NCBI GenBank assembly: GCA_965223705.1 | Contig: OZ245015.1 | Coordinates: 2,176,001 to 2,240,000 of the forward strand | Source of the DNA: Myxococcota bacterium | GTDB lineage: Bacteria > Myxococcota_A > UBA9160 > UBA6930 | Length of the DNA stretch: 64,000 nt | Direction of reading: 5' to 3' | The notes under the pieces: generated by a model | Database searches by the model: none | The model's input: only the letters and a program-made list of their open reading frames with translations | What the model was told of the DNA's origin: nothing | Shown here: piece by piece, positions 9,571 to 19,064 of the stretch | Layout: each line of letters opens with the position of its first letter | How positions within the stretch are numbered: position 1 is the stretch's first letter | Program-made: the position numbers and the translations under genes

Positions 9571-10266
9571 TTGAGTCCTGCCCAAAAGGCGAGCAGCAAG
9601 GCCAAGAAGAAGGCCACAACGCGCAAATCGGGTGCCACGAAGAAGACGGCCCGGAAGGCCACGTCCTCGAAGAAGGCCGCCCGGACGACCAAGGCGGCCC
9701 CGAAGAAGAAAGCGGCTGCGAGCACCAAGAAGAAGGCCACCGGGCGAAAGGCCACGCCCAAGAAAGCCACCAAGGCGACGCCGAAGAAGGCGGCCGCACC
9801 CGCCAAGAAGAAAGCGGCCGCGGCCCCGGCGGCCAAAAAAGCCGCAAAAAAGGCCCCGGCCAAGAAGAAAGCCCGCAAGAGCGCCGCCGCCCGAAAGCTC
9901 GAGAGCATCACGCCGCCGCGGCTGCCCGGAGGCGGCCCCGCACCGGTCAAGCCCTCGCTGGGCCAGAAGTGGGAGTGCTTCGCTTGCGGGGCCAAGTTCT
10001 ACGACTTGAACAAGCCCGAGCCGCTATGCCCGAAGTGCAACGCGGATCAGCGAGAACGTCCGAAGACGAAGGGCGGCGCCGGGCCCGCGAAGCCCGCGGA
10101 ACCCACTCCCGCGGTGGCACCGATGGTGCCGACTCCCGTCGACGACGACGAAGAAGAAACGGAAGAGACCGACGAGCGGGAGCTCGAACTCACGGCGCTC
10201 GACGGCGACGAGCGTCCCGGGTTCATGGACGACGACACAAGCTCCGGCCCGATCCCCGAAGACTAG
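9571..10266 (+). CDS. Histone H1-like Lys/Ala-rich region fused to FYDLN-acid (TIGR02300-like) Zn-ribbon domain
   Basis: ~110 aa of KKAA/KATPKK repeats; [27 protein letters not shown]; acidic tail. Confidence 0.85.
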   Translation: MSPAQKASSKAKKKATTRKSGATKKTARKATSSKKAARTTKAAPKKKAAASTKKKATGRKATPKKATKATPKKAAAPAKKKAAAAPAAKKAAKKAPAKKKARKSAAARKLESITPPRLPGGGPAPVKPSLGQKWECFACGAKFYDLNKPEPLCPKCNADQRERPKTKGGAGPAKPAEPTPAVAPMVPTPVDDDEEETEETDERELELTALDGDERPGFMDDDTSSGPIPED

Positions 10267-10291
10267 GCCGCTCGCCCTCTGTCAAGACCGG

Positions 10292-10720
10292 TCAGAAGCT
10301 ACTGAGCCGCCGCCAGTGGACCGCCCAAACGTCTGCGTCGCGAGCTCGAAGCGACAGCTCGTGGTCGAGTTGTTCGACGACCGAATCGTTGGCGGCGACC
10401 TCCCCAGCCAGTCTTCGTTTCTCGCGACCCAGACGGTGGACGCGTTCGAACTCATCGATCTGTTCGTCGATGAAGCCGCCGCTACGCACAGCCGCCGAGC
10501 CGCTTTGTGCGGCAAACCGCCGATCTGCGGCGTCGCGCTCGAGGCCGTACGCCTCTCGCAGAGACTCGAGATCGGCGTCGGAATAGCCGCGGTAGGGTCG
10601 CGGCTCGGCCTCTTCCCGCTGGTAGTTCTGCCAGTAGTTGTAACCGCCGCCAGAAGCGACGAGCAACAAAGCGACGAGCGCGAGGAGAGCGCGCCCGGCG
10701 CGCCGAGCGTCGGGATGCAT
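10292..10720 (-). CDS. Hypothetical membrane-anchored coiled-coil protein
   Basis: Hydrophobic N-terminus then helical charged region; co-oriented downstream of the slt-like gene. Confidence 0.6.
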   Translation of the reverse strand: MHPDARRAGRALLALVALLLVASGGGYNYWQNYQREEAEPRPYRGYSDADLESLREAYGLERDAADRRFAAQSGSAAVRSGGFIDEQIDEFERVHRLGREKRRLAGEVAANDSVVEQLDHELSLRARDADVWAVHWRRLSSF

Positions 10721-10743
10721 GGCCGAGCCTCCGGTTCTTGATC

Positions 10744-12903
10744 CTAAGAGTCGTTTCGGTTGCTGGACACGGCAGCTGCACCGGAATCGGTCGTCACGGG
10801 CGCCTGCGGCTCACCCTCGGGGCCATAGAGCACGCGGTAGATGTGCAGGCTGCGGAGCACCCGGCGCACGTAGCTGCGGGTTTCCGAATACGGAATCGCC
10901 TCGACCCAGCGGTCGTCGGGCCAGTCCGAACGCTGGGCCACCCACTTCGACACGACTTCGGGCCCGGCGTTGTAGCTCGCGATGGCCGCCGAGGCCCGAC
11001 CGTCGAACTGCTCGAGGAGTTGTCCCAAGTAGTGGCGCCCAAGCGCTACGTTCACTTCGGGTTCGAAGAGGTGATCGGGATGGAAATCGTCCCGTCCCAC
11101 CGAGCGAGCCAAGCGTCGACCGGTCTCGGGCATGATCTGCATCAGCCCGCGAGCGCCGACCGGCGAAACGACCTTCGGGCGATAGCCGCTTTCCTCACGC
11201 ATCACAGCTAGGGCCAGCCCTTCGGGCACGCGGGACGCGAGCGGCGTCCAATCCGCCGCGAGGAAGCTCCGGGGCCAGGCGTACCACCAGATGGCCTCTC
11301 GGCCCGGCACCGGCCCCCGCGCGAGTTCCACCGCGTACCCGTTTGCGACGGCCCGCTGCGCGCGGTGGATTTTCTGCGCCGCGGTCAAGAGCCCCGCGGC
11401 GACGACGCGGTCGTCGAGGCTGAGACCCGATCGGGCGGCCTGTCGAACTTCCCGCGCTGCAAACTCGGGACGCCCGGCTTCGAGCAGGATGCGCGCTCGG
11501 GTGAGCGCACGTCGATTCATCTTCGACGGCGAACTCTGGGGAAGCTCAGGAGCTTCCCGTTCGAGCGAAGCGTCGCGCAAGCTCGTGCCCGCTCGCCATC
11601 CGTAGTACGTGAAGGGAAACTCGCGCGCCATCGCGAGGAGCACCTCTTCACCAGAAGTGTCGCCGAGCGCGATCTGCGCCTTCGCGAGCCAGTATCGCGG
11701 CCGCAAAGCGCCCACCGGGTCGGGGTCCGTTCTGGCGAGCTCCGCGAAATGATCGCGTGCCGTCACGAGATCGTCGTCGAGGAACGCCATCCAACCGAGG
11801 CGCCAACGGGCGTCGAAGCGCAGACCAGAGCTCGATGCGGCGACGGCCTTGAAATGAGCGCGGGCACGGGTGTGCGCGCCCTCGCCCTGGAGGAGCGTCG
11901 CGGCGAGGTAGCGGGCCCGAAACGCGAGCGGCGTCGTGCGCCCTTTCGCGAGTCGTTCGAACGCGGCGATCGATTCCTCGATTCTCCGACTTCGGGCGAG
12001 GGCCCGGGCGTGCCAGAAGCGCGCTTCGATGCCCTTGCCCATCGCTTGGAACGCGTTCGTCGCTTCCGGGTAGCGGCGCAGCCTGAAAAGCGTCCGCGCC
12101 CTCTTCCAGCGAACGTCCCGGTCCACGTCTCGCCGGAGCCCGCGGGTCAACGCGTGATCGAACGCGGCGAGCGCGCCTTCGTTGTCTCTCGCCCGGTAGA
12201 GGGCCTCGCCCCGGTCGATCCAATTCCGCGCGCTGCGGAGCGACTTCCCGGCGTCGGCTTCGAGACGGTCGAGCGCGGCGTCGGCGGTTCGGCCTTCGGG
12301 GCGCGCGGCGTCCCGGGTCCAAAGCTTTCGGTAGCTCTCGATGGCTTTCGCCGTATTGCCAGAGCGTTCGTAGGAAGCGGCGATCTTCGCTTCGAGCGCC
12401 GCCCGGCGCGCACGCCCACCGGTCCTCTTTTGCGCTCGTCGCCACTGCTTGCGCGCCGAGATCTCCTCCCCCGCCGCCTCCGCCGCGTCGCCACCGCGCT
12501 CGAGGACGTCGGGAAAGAGAATCGAATCCGGGTACCGCTCCGCGAAACGCTGGGTCCCGGCGCGTGCTGCGGCGGAGTCACCCGCGAGGTTCAGGGCCGT
12601 GAGAGCGCCTTCCGCGGCGTAGTCCGCGACGATCGGAAACGCGGCTTCGATGGCGTCGAAACGGACCGCAGCAACGACGGCGTCTTCGGCATCGAGTGCC
12701 TCGAAGGCCAGCCGCAGCGCAGGTCCCGGCCGGTCGGGCAACAGGAGGCGCGGGCCCACGAAATCGAGGTCGGTGGCGCCAGTGCCCGCTGCGAGACCGA
12801 TGAGCGCCGCGCTAGCGAGCGCCCAAGCGGTGATCGGCCGCTTTCGCCGCCACGATGCGTCCTCGCCATTTGCCGTCGGTTCGCTCACCCGGCACGCCCC
12901 CAT
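10744..12903 (-). CDS. Soluble lytic transglycosylase (Slt70-like) with TPR region; start uncertain (12888-12939)
   Basis: SLT motifs AVMREES, SPVGARGLMQIMPET, ASYNAG, IPYSETRSYVRRV. Confidence 0.9.
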   Translation of the reverse strand: MGACRVSEPTANGEDASWRRKRPITAWALASAALIGLAAGTGATDLDFVGPRLLLPDRPGPALRLAFEALDAEDAVVAAVRFDAIEAAFPIVADYAAEGALTALNLAGDSAAARAGTQRFAERYPDSILFPDVLERGGDAAEAAGEEISARKQWRRAQKRTGGRARRAALEAKIAASYERSGNTAKAIESYRKLWTRDAARPEGRTADAALDRLEADAGKSLRSARNWIDRGEALYRARDNEGALAAFDHALTRGLRRDVDRDVRWKRARTLFRLRRYPEATNAFQAMGKGIEARFWHARALARSRRIEESIAAFERLAKGRTTPLAFRARYLAATLLQGEGAHTRARAHFKAVAASSSGLRFDARWRLGWMAFLDDDLVTARDHFAELARTDPDPVGALRPRYWLAKAQIALGDTSGEEVLLAMAREFPFTYYGWRAGTSLRDASLEREAPELPQSSPSKMNRRALTRARILLEAGRPEFAAREVRQAARSGLSLDDRVVAAGLLTAAQKIHRAQRAVANGYAVELARGPVPGREAIWWYAWPRSFLAADWTPLASRVPEGLALAVMREESGYRPKVVSPVGARGLMQIMPETGRRLARSVGRDDFHPDHLFEPEVNVALGRHYLGQLLEQFDGRASAAIASYNAGPEVVSKWVAQRSDWPDDRWVEAIPYSETRSYVRRVLRSLHIYRVLYGPEGEPQAPVTTDSGAAAVSSNRNDS

Positions 12904-13023
12904 CGCTCGAACTCTTTCGAGAAAACGAGTCTGTATCACCGCGACGGCCTGTCAACCGACGGGCCGTTTCCCCTAGTTCGGCAATTCATCGTCGATGTTT
13001 GAGACACCCGCGCCGCTCCGTTA

Positions 13024-14331
13024 GTGTGGCGCGCGGTGTCGAACCGGGCCGCAGACGATGGGGGTTTCCGCACGCGTTTTCGCGGTAGCCGCCGCGTGGC
13101 GCGGTGGGCGCTGCTCGCAGCCCTGGCCCTGCTTCTGGCATGTGACGCGAACGTCGAGTCTCCCTACGTCCCGGGGATCGCTTCTCCCTTGGGGAGCCCT
13201 CCCGGTCGCGCCGACGAGCCGCCCCGCGGCCTATGGGTGTTGTGCGAAGGGGCGCAGCGGGTGCTCGAGAACGAGGAACGGCTCCCTTGGCTACTCGACG
13301 ACGCCGAGGCCATGGGCGTTACGGATCTCTTCGTCCAGGTGTATCGCGGCGGTCGCGCCTGGTACGACTCAGAGATCGCCGACCCGACGCCCTACGCGTC
13401 GACCTGGCGGTCGCCCCGAGGAGATGCACTGACGACGTTGATCGCGCGCGCCCATGAACGCGGCTTTCGAGTCCACGCATGGATGAACGCGATGTCGCTC
13501 TCGGCAAACGACAAGGCACCTGTCCTCGAGCGGCTGGGTCCCGATGCGGTGATCGTGGATCAGCACGGGCGCTCGGTTCTCGACTATCCGGAATTCGACG
13601 TCCCGCCCGGAGATCGGCGCTATTACCGCATCGATACGCCCGCAGTGTGGCTCGATCCCGCGGCGCCGGGCGTCGCGGGCTACTTGGAAGACGTCGTCGC
13701 CGAGCTCCTCAACCGCTATCCGGCGCTCGACGGCATCCATCTCGATTACATCCGCTACCCGACAGCGCTGCCCTTCTCACCGGGTACGCGTTTCGGTGTG
13801 GGCTTGAGTTTTGGACACGGGGAGAAAGTGCGCGCGCGTTTCGAGGAAGAAACAGGCCTGCGCGCGCCTTTCAAGGATTCCCTCATCAATGGCAACCGGT
13901 TCGACGAATGGCGCCGGGACAAGCTTTCGGAAGTGGTCGCTCGGGTCGCCGGACGCGCTCGGGTGACACGGCCGGGCGTGCTGGTGTCGGCGGCGGTCTG
14001 GGCGTTTGCGGATCGCGCGTATCTCTCGACGTTTCAGGATTGGCGCGGCTGGGTGGCCGACGGGCTGATCGATATGGCCGTCCCCATGCTGTACACCCGC
14101 GACGATCGCTTGTTCCGCTACGCCAGCGAGTCGTTCTCCGGTCTTCGCACCGCGCCGCGGATCTGGGTCGGTGTCGGCGCTTGGCTCTTCGCCGAGGCGC
14201 CGGAGCGGGTCGGGATGCAACTCGACGCGCTCTCGCGGCGGCCACCCCTGGGCCAGTCTCTCTTCTCGTGGGACAGCATTCGCGCCGACGAACGTTTGCA
14301 CCGTGCGCTCACGGGTGCGAAGGCGGAGTGA
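13024..14331 (+). CDS. GHL10 family glycoside hydrolase lipoprotein (YddW/DigH-like); start may be 13096
   Basis: LLAC lipobox; AHERGFRVHAW, WLDPAAP, DGIHLDYIRYP, QDWRGW, PMLY. Confidence 0.85.
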   Translation: MWRAVSNRAADDGGFRTRFRGSRRVARWALLAALALLLACDANVESPYVPGIASPLGSPPGRADEPPRGLWVLCEGAQRVLENEERLPWLLDDAEAMGVTDLFVQVYRGGRAWYDSEIADPTPYASTWRSPRGDALTTLIARAHERGFRVHAWMNAMSLSANDKAPVLERLGPDAVIVDQHGRSVLDYPEFDVPPGDRRYYRIDTPAVWLDPAAPGVAGYLEDVVAELLNRYPALDGIHLDYIRYPTALPFSPGTRFGVGLSFGHGEKVRARFEEETGLRAPFKDSLINGNRFDEWRRDKLSEVVARVAGRARVTRPGVLVSAAVWAFADRAYLSTFQDWRGWVADGLIDMAVPMLYTRDDRLFRYASESFSGLRTAPRIWVGVGAWLFAEAPERVGMQLDALSRRPPLGQSLFSWDSIRADERLHRALTGAKAE

Positions 14332-15365
14332 CTGAAGCACCGCGCTGGGACTACGCGTTCGATCTGCCGGAGAGCGCGATCGCGAGCCGGCCGGCGAACC
14401 CTCGGAGTGCTTCGCGCTTGTTGGTCCTGTCGAGAGCGTCGGGCGCGCTTGCGCATCACACCATGCGCGATTTCGCGCGGCTTCTCCGACCCGGCGATCT
14501 CCTCGTCCGCAACGTTTCTCGCGTCGTTCCGGCACGTCTGCGCGGCCGCAAGGAGAGCGGCGGGCGCGCGGAGGCGCTGCTCCTCGGGCGGGGAGAGACG
14601 GACCACACCTATCGCGCGCTGGTCCGCCACAAGGGCCGCCAGCGCATCGGGCAAAAACTGGTTTTCGAAGAGGGGGTGAGCTCGCTCGAAGCGGAAGTGT
14701 GCGAGGTGTCGGACGATGGCTCGGTCGTGCTCGCGTTTCCGCTGGGCCGCGATCCCTACGCGATCGGCTCCTTGCCGCTCCCTCCGTACATCCGCGGTGG
14801 CGTCGCCGATGGCGAAGACGCCGATCGCTACCAGACGATCTACGCGCGCGAGCCGGGCTCGGTGGCCGCACCGACGGCGGGACTCCATTTCGACGCGTTC
14901 GTCGAAGATGCCCTCGAACGTCGCGGCGTGGTCGTCGCGGACCTGGTTCTTCACGTCGGCGTCGGAACATTTCGCCCGCCGCGCCCGGAAGAGCTCGATC
15001 GCGGCGAGCTCCACGAGGAATGGTTCTCCCTCCCCGCTGCCACCGCCCAGGCGATCCGGGCCGCCCGCGCGCGCGGCGGGCGGGTGGTGGCCGTCGGGAC
15101 GACGACGTGTCGCGTGCTCGAGAGCCGCGCCGAAGCGGACGGCAACGTCACCGCCAGTGAGGGTACGACCCGCCTTTTCCTGCGGCCGGGCTCTCGCTTC
15201 CGGGTGGTCGATGCACTGCTGACGAATTTTCACCTGCCCGGCTCGAGTTTGCTCATGCTGGTCGCCGCGTTTGCCGGGGTCGACGCGACGCGCGCTGCGT
15301 ATCGCGCCGCCGTCGCCGAGGGCTACCGCTTCTACTCCTACGGCGACGCGATGTTGATTCAATGA
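14328..15365 (+). CDS. queA: S-adenosylmethionine:tRNA ribosyltransferase-isomerase
   Basis: FDLP..IA, LPPYI, YQTIYA, AAPTAGLHF, LHVGVGTF, AVGTT, TNFHLP, YRFYSYGDAMLI. Confidence 0.96.
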   Translation: MTEAPRWDYAFDLPESAIASRPANPRSASRLLVLSRASGALAHHTMRDFARLLRPGDLLVRNVSRVVPARLRGRKESGGRAEALLLGRGETDHTYRALVRHKGRQRIGQKLVFEEGVSSLEAEVCEVSDDGSVVLAFPLGRDPYAIGSLPLPPYIRGGVADGEDADRYQTIYAREPGSVAAPTAGLHFDAFVEDALERRGVVVADLVLHVGVGTFRPPRPEELDRGELHEEWFSLPAATAQAIRAARARGGRVVAVGTTTCRVLESRAEADGNVTASEGTTRLFLRPGSRFRVVDALLTNFHLPGSSLLMLVAAFAGVDATRAAYRAAVAEGYRFYSYGDAMLIQ

Positions 15366-15399
15366 CGTCCTATGGCGACGCGATGTTGATTCAATGACG
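15336..15399. repeat. 32-bp tandem duplication spanning the queA stop and tgt start
   Basis: tcctacggcgacgcgatgttgattcaatgacg and tcctatggcgacgcgatgttgattcaatgacg, one mismatch. Confidence 0.95.
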
Positions 15400-16533
15400 T
15401 TCGACATCGCAGCGCGCGACGGAGAAGCGCGAACCGGTCGGTTGACCACCGCCCATGGCACGATCGACACGCCGGCTTTCATGCCGGTGGCGACCTACGG
15501 CGCCGTTCGCGGCATCACGGCGAGCGACCTCGAATCGCTCGGCGCGGAAATTCTCCTCGCGAACACCTACCACTTGCACGAACGTCCCGGCGAAGACCGC
15601 GTCGCCGCGCTCGGCGGCCTACACGGGTTCACCGGTTGGAGCGGTCCGTGGCTCACCGACAGCGGCGGGTTTCAGATCGCGTCGCTCGCCGATCAAGTGC
15701 GCGTTGCGGAAGACGGCGTCGTGTTTCGGTCGACCCTCGACGGAACGCGGCGCGAGCTCACGCCCGAACGCGTGGTGGCGATTCAAGAAGCGCTCGGCTC
15801 GGACATCGCGATGGTGCTCGACCACTTCCTTCCCATCGAGACGCGCGACGGAGAGCGACCGCCCGGGAGCGAAGTCGAGGCGTCCCTCGAGCGCACCCTG
15901 CGCTGGGCTGAGCGCGCACGGGAGGCCCGGACGCGCGCGGACCAGTCGCTCTTCGGCATCGTGCAGGGAGGCGCCGATCCGAGGCTCCGGCGGGCGAGCG
16001 CGGAGCAAACGGTGGCCATCGGTTTCGACGGTTACGCGCACGGCGGTCTCGGCCTGGGCGAAGACTTGACCCTCCGCGATGAGCTCATCGGGGCCGCGCA
16101 AGACGTTCTCCCCGTCGCTACGCCGCGCTATTTGATGGGGCTCGGCCGGCCTCGCGATCTGCTGCGGGGGGTAGCGCTCGGAATCGATCTCTTCGATTGC
16201 GTCGTCCCGACCCGCCACGGGCGCCACGGGATTCTCTATACCCGGGAAGGTCGTCTCAGTATGAAGGCGGCGCGCTACGCAGAGGATACGCGGCCGCCGG
16301 ACGAAACCTGTTCTTGTCCCCTGTGCCGCTCTCACAGCCGCGCGTATCTCCGTCATCTCTTCCACGTGGGCGACATGCTGGCCGCGCGACTGGCGTCGCT
16401 CCACAACCTCGCGCACTACTTCTCCCTGCTCGCGGAAGCGCGCGCTGCGATTTCCGAGGGGCGCTTCAAGGCGTTCTACGGAGAGCGGATCGCGGTCCTA
16501 GAAGCCTTCGAGGGCGGCGCACAGGCCGGCTAG
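15394..16533 (+). CDS. tgt: tRNA-guanine transglycosylase
   Basis: TPAFMPVAT, LANTYHL, TDSGGFQ, FGIVQGG, PRYLMG, FDCVVPTR, Zn-binding CSCPLC and HNL. Confidence 0.96.
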   Translation: MTFDIAARDGEARTGRLTTAHGTIDTPAFMPVATYGAVRGITASDLESLGAEILLANTYHLHERPGEDRVAALGGLHGFTGWSGPWLTDSGGFQIASLADQVRVAEDGVVFRSTLDGTRRELTPERVVAIQEALGSDIAMVLDHFLPIETRDGERPPGSEVEASLERTLRWAERAREARTRADQSLFGIVQGGADPRLRRASAEQTVAIGFDGYAHGGLGLGEDLTLRDELIGAAQDVLPVATPRYLMGLGRPRDLLRGVALGIDLFDCVVPTRHGRHGILYTREGRLSMKAARYAEDTRPPDETCSCPLCRSHSRAYLRHLFHVGDMLAARLASLHNLAHYFSLLAEARAAISEGRFKAFYGERIAVLEAFEGGAQAG

Positions 16534-17445
16534 GTACGGGCGCTCCTCCCCGAGCGCAGCGGGAACGACCTCGACCTTGCCCCGCAGACTCGGCCACAAG
16601 TCCGCGTCGAGCTCTCTGCGCAGCGGTTCGAAGCAGAGGGCTTCGCCGGCGGCCACGGCGATCGTTCCGAGTACGATGCGTTCCGGGGCGAGCGCGTACG
16701 CGATGGCGGAGAGTCCTTGCGCGACGAAGCCCCGCCAGCGGGCGAACTCTTCGACGGCAAACGCATCCCCCGCCAATGCGGCTGCGACCAGATGGACGGG
16801 TGAAATCGGTTCGCGACCGGCGAGCTCCGCCGCCTGCGAGTGCGGCGGCGTCACCGCCTGGAGGCGACGCGCCCAGTTCGCTCCGCCGGCGTAGGCTTCA
16901 AAGCAACCTCGCCGTCCGCAGCCGCAGGGTTCACCGCCGGGCTGCAGGACGACATGGCCCCACTCGCCGGCGTGGTGATCGAGGCCGCTGTACAGGGTGC
17001 CGTTCAGGACCAGGCCCGCGCCGACACCCGTCGACATGGTGAGATAGATCAGGTGTTCGGTTCCCCGCCCTGCTCCGAACCGCCATTCCGCAAGCGCGGC
17101 CGCGTCGGCGTCGTTTTCCAGATGGACCGGAAGCCCCAGGCTCTCAGCGAGGACGTCGCGAACCGGCGCGTCGCGCCAAGGCAGGTTCGGCGGCGTCAGC
17201 AGGACGCCGCGAGCCGCGTCGAAGGGGCCCGGCACGGCGACACCGAGCCCCCGAACCTCTTCCAACGAGCGGCCCGACTTCGCGACCACACTACGGGCTT
17301 CTTCCCCCAGCTGGCGAAGATCTCGAGACGCGTCGCGGTGTGTGGTGGTCGGCCCTCGCCAGCGCGCGAGTAGCGTGCCGTCTGCCGTGCCGAGGGCAAT
17401 CGCTGTCTTGGTCCCGCCCATGTCCATACCGAGCCACAGCGACAT
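16498..17445 (-). CDS. ROK family sugar kinase (glucokinase-like)
   Basis: DMGGTK, ENDADAAALAE, STGVGAG, GEWGH, CGCGRRGCFEA. Confidence 0.92.
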   Translation of the reverse strand: MSLWLGMDMGGTKTAIALGTADGTLLARWRGPTTTHRDASRDLRQLGEEARSVVAKSGRSLEEVRGLGVAVPGPFDAARGVLLTPPNLPWRDAPVRDVLAESLGLPVHLENDADAAALAEWRFGAGRGTEHLIYLTMSTGVGAGLVLNGTLYSGLDHHAGEWGHVVLQPGGEPCGCGRRGCFEAYAGGANWARRLQAVTPPHSQAAELAGREPISPVHLVAAALAGDAFAVEEFARWRGFVAQGLSAIAYALAPERIVLGTIAVAAGEALCFEPLRRELDADLWPSLRGKVEVVPAALGEERPYLAGLCAALEGF

Positions 17446-17548
17446 CTGCTCAAGTGTAGGCGCAAAGAAGCCCGATAAGAAACTCGAGCCAGAATCTCGA
17501 GTCCATCCGCGGCCGTAGCCCGGCCGACTGCTTGGACGAGGAGTCTAG

Positions 17549-18001
17549 ATGCCGATCCGTTACGCGCGCTTCGCGCGCGGCTTGTCCGCGCTGCTGCTGT
17601 GCATTCCGCTTTCCGGTTGCTTCATGTGGAATTACGGGCGTTTCGATCCCATGGCGCACGGAGACGCGTTCGATGAATCGCGCAAGCGGTTCACGCGCAT
17701 GATCCGCTGGGGACAGATCGAGCGCGCGGGTCAGTACGTCGTCGAAGAGGAGCGCGAAGCGTTCTTCAAAGCGGCGTCGGTGCTGCGCGGCGTGCGCTTT
17801 ACGGACTACGAAGTGCTCTCCGTCGACATCGACGATGATTTCGAGTCCGCGACCGTCGAGGTCATGTTCCGCGGCTACCAAGTTTCGTCCCCGATCGAAA
17901 AGTCCGTTGCGGTGACCCAGGAATGGGCTCGCAGCACGGAGGGAAACGGTTGGGAAGTGCGCCCTGAGATCGAAGAGCTCTCGGGGCTGTTCGTCGATTA
18001 G
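17549..18001 (+). CDS. Hypothetical lipoprotein
   Basis: GAGGAG RBS; LSGC lipobox. Confidence 0.7.
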   Translation: MPIRYARFARGLSALLLCIPLSGCFMWNYGRFDPMAHGDAFDESRKRFTRMIRWGQIERAGQYVVEEEREAFFKAASVLRGVRFTDYEVLSVDIDDDFESATVEVMFRGYQVSSPIEKSVAVTQEWARSTEGNGWEVRPEIEELSGLFVD

Positions 18002-18009
18002 TCCGAGGG

Positions 18010-18711
18010 GTGCAAGCGATGGATGAACCGACCATCTTGATCGTCGACGACGTCGACATGTTCCGAGAGCTCGAGGCGATGTACCTCCACGCCTTGGGAA
18101 CCGTCATCGACGCGAAGAGCGGCGAAGAAGCGCGCATGAAGATCGAGGAAGCGAATCCCGATCTCATCGTCCTCGACCTGAAGCTTCCCGACTGCGATGC
18201 CCTCGCCTTGTGCGAAGACATCAAGAAAGCGTCGAGCGAACGGATCGTCGTCGCGATCTCGGCGCACGGAACGCCCGATGAACACGAAGCCGCCGTGCGC
18301 GCCGGTGCGGATGATGTGGTCGCGAAGCCCCTGATCCGCCACATGCTCGTCAACGCCGTTCGACGCTTCCTCGTGAAAGAGACGCCGCTCGGCTTGCCGC
18401 GCGCGGCCTGCCGAATCCCGGTCACGCTGGCCGACGGCTCCCAGGGCTGGCTCGAGAACGTCTCCCGAGGCGGCCTTTTCGTCGTCGCCGATCATCTGCC
18501 GGAGCTCGCTTCCGAGATTCGGCTCGAATTTCGGCTCCCGGACGAGCCCCAGAGCTTCGATCCAACCGCCCGCGTCGTGTGGACCCGCGAAGGCGGCGAC
18601 CCCCATCAACCCCGCGGCTTCGGCGTGCGCTTCCTCGCGCTGCCCGGAGAAACGGCCCGGCGCCTCGATCACTTCGTTCAGGAGCATGCGATGCACGGGG
18701 GGCTGTACTAG
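18010..18711 (+). CDS. Response regulator receiver + PilZ domain protein (start may be 18019)
   Basis: ILIVDD...LIVLDLKLP...AKP receiver; NVSRGGLFV...ARVVW...GFGVRF PilZ. Confidence 0.85.
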   Translation: MQAMDEPTILIVDDVDMFRELEAMYLHALGTVIDAKSGEEARMKIEEANPDLIVLDLKLPDCDALALCEDIKKASSERIVVAISAHGTPDEHEAAVRAGADDVVAKPLIRHMLVNAVRRFLVKETPLGLPRAACRIPVTLADGSQGWLENVSRGGLFVVADHLPELASEIRLEFRLPDEPQSFDPTARVVWTREGGDPHQPRGFGVRFLALPGETARRLDHFVQEHAMHGGLY

Positions 18712-19064
18712 TGCGCGGGTTGATCCTTGCGGCGTTCGCGGCCCTGTTGGCGTCGAGCCAGCCCGCCTACGCCGAGGACCCGGCGAGTCTGGCGCTCGAA
18801 CCCGAACACGAGCGTTGGATCGCGAAGCTCACGCAGCGACAGGAAGAACTCGCCACGGCGCGCGTTCGCGCCGAGCGCGCGGAATCCGCGTACCGCGATT
18901 GGCGCCAGCGGAACTATCCACGCGGAGCTGCGAAAGAAGCCATGTTGACGGAGTTGGAAGAAGCCCGCGAAGCGCTCCGCATCGCGGAGCGCCGGCTCCC
19001 GAAAGATCTCGAGGCGGCGCGCCGGGACGGCGTACCGCCCGGCACCCTGCGCCGCTTCCGCTAG
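18711..19064 (+). CDS. Hypothetical secreted coiled-coil protein
   Basis: GTG overlapping upstream stop; signal peptide ending AYA; tail ARRDGVPPGTLR. Confidence 0.65.
   Translation: MRGLILAAFAALLASSQPAYAEDPASLALEPEHERWIAKLTQRQEELATARVRAERAESAYRDWRQRNYPRGAAKEAMLTELEEAREALRIAERRLPKDLEAARRDGVPPGTLRRFR

Noticed and set aside
9453..9995. Phe/Ala-rich 'membrane protein' on the minus strand
   Set aside because: Reverse complement of the Lys/Ala codons of the H1-like gene
13479..14327. N-terminal extension of the QueA ORF
   Set aside because: Off-frame overlap with the GHL10 gene; QueA homology starts at GTG 14328
17450..17480. Sigma28 promoter (TCAAG...CCCGATAA)
   Set aside because: Spacer about 2 nt longer than consensus
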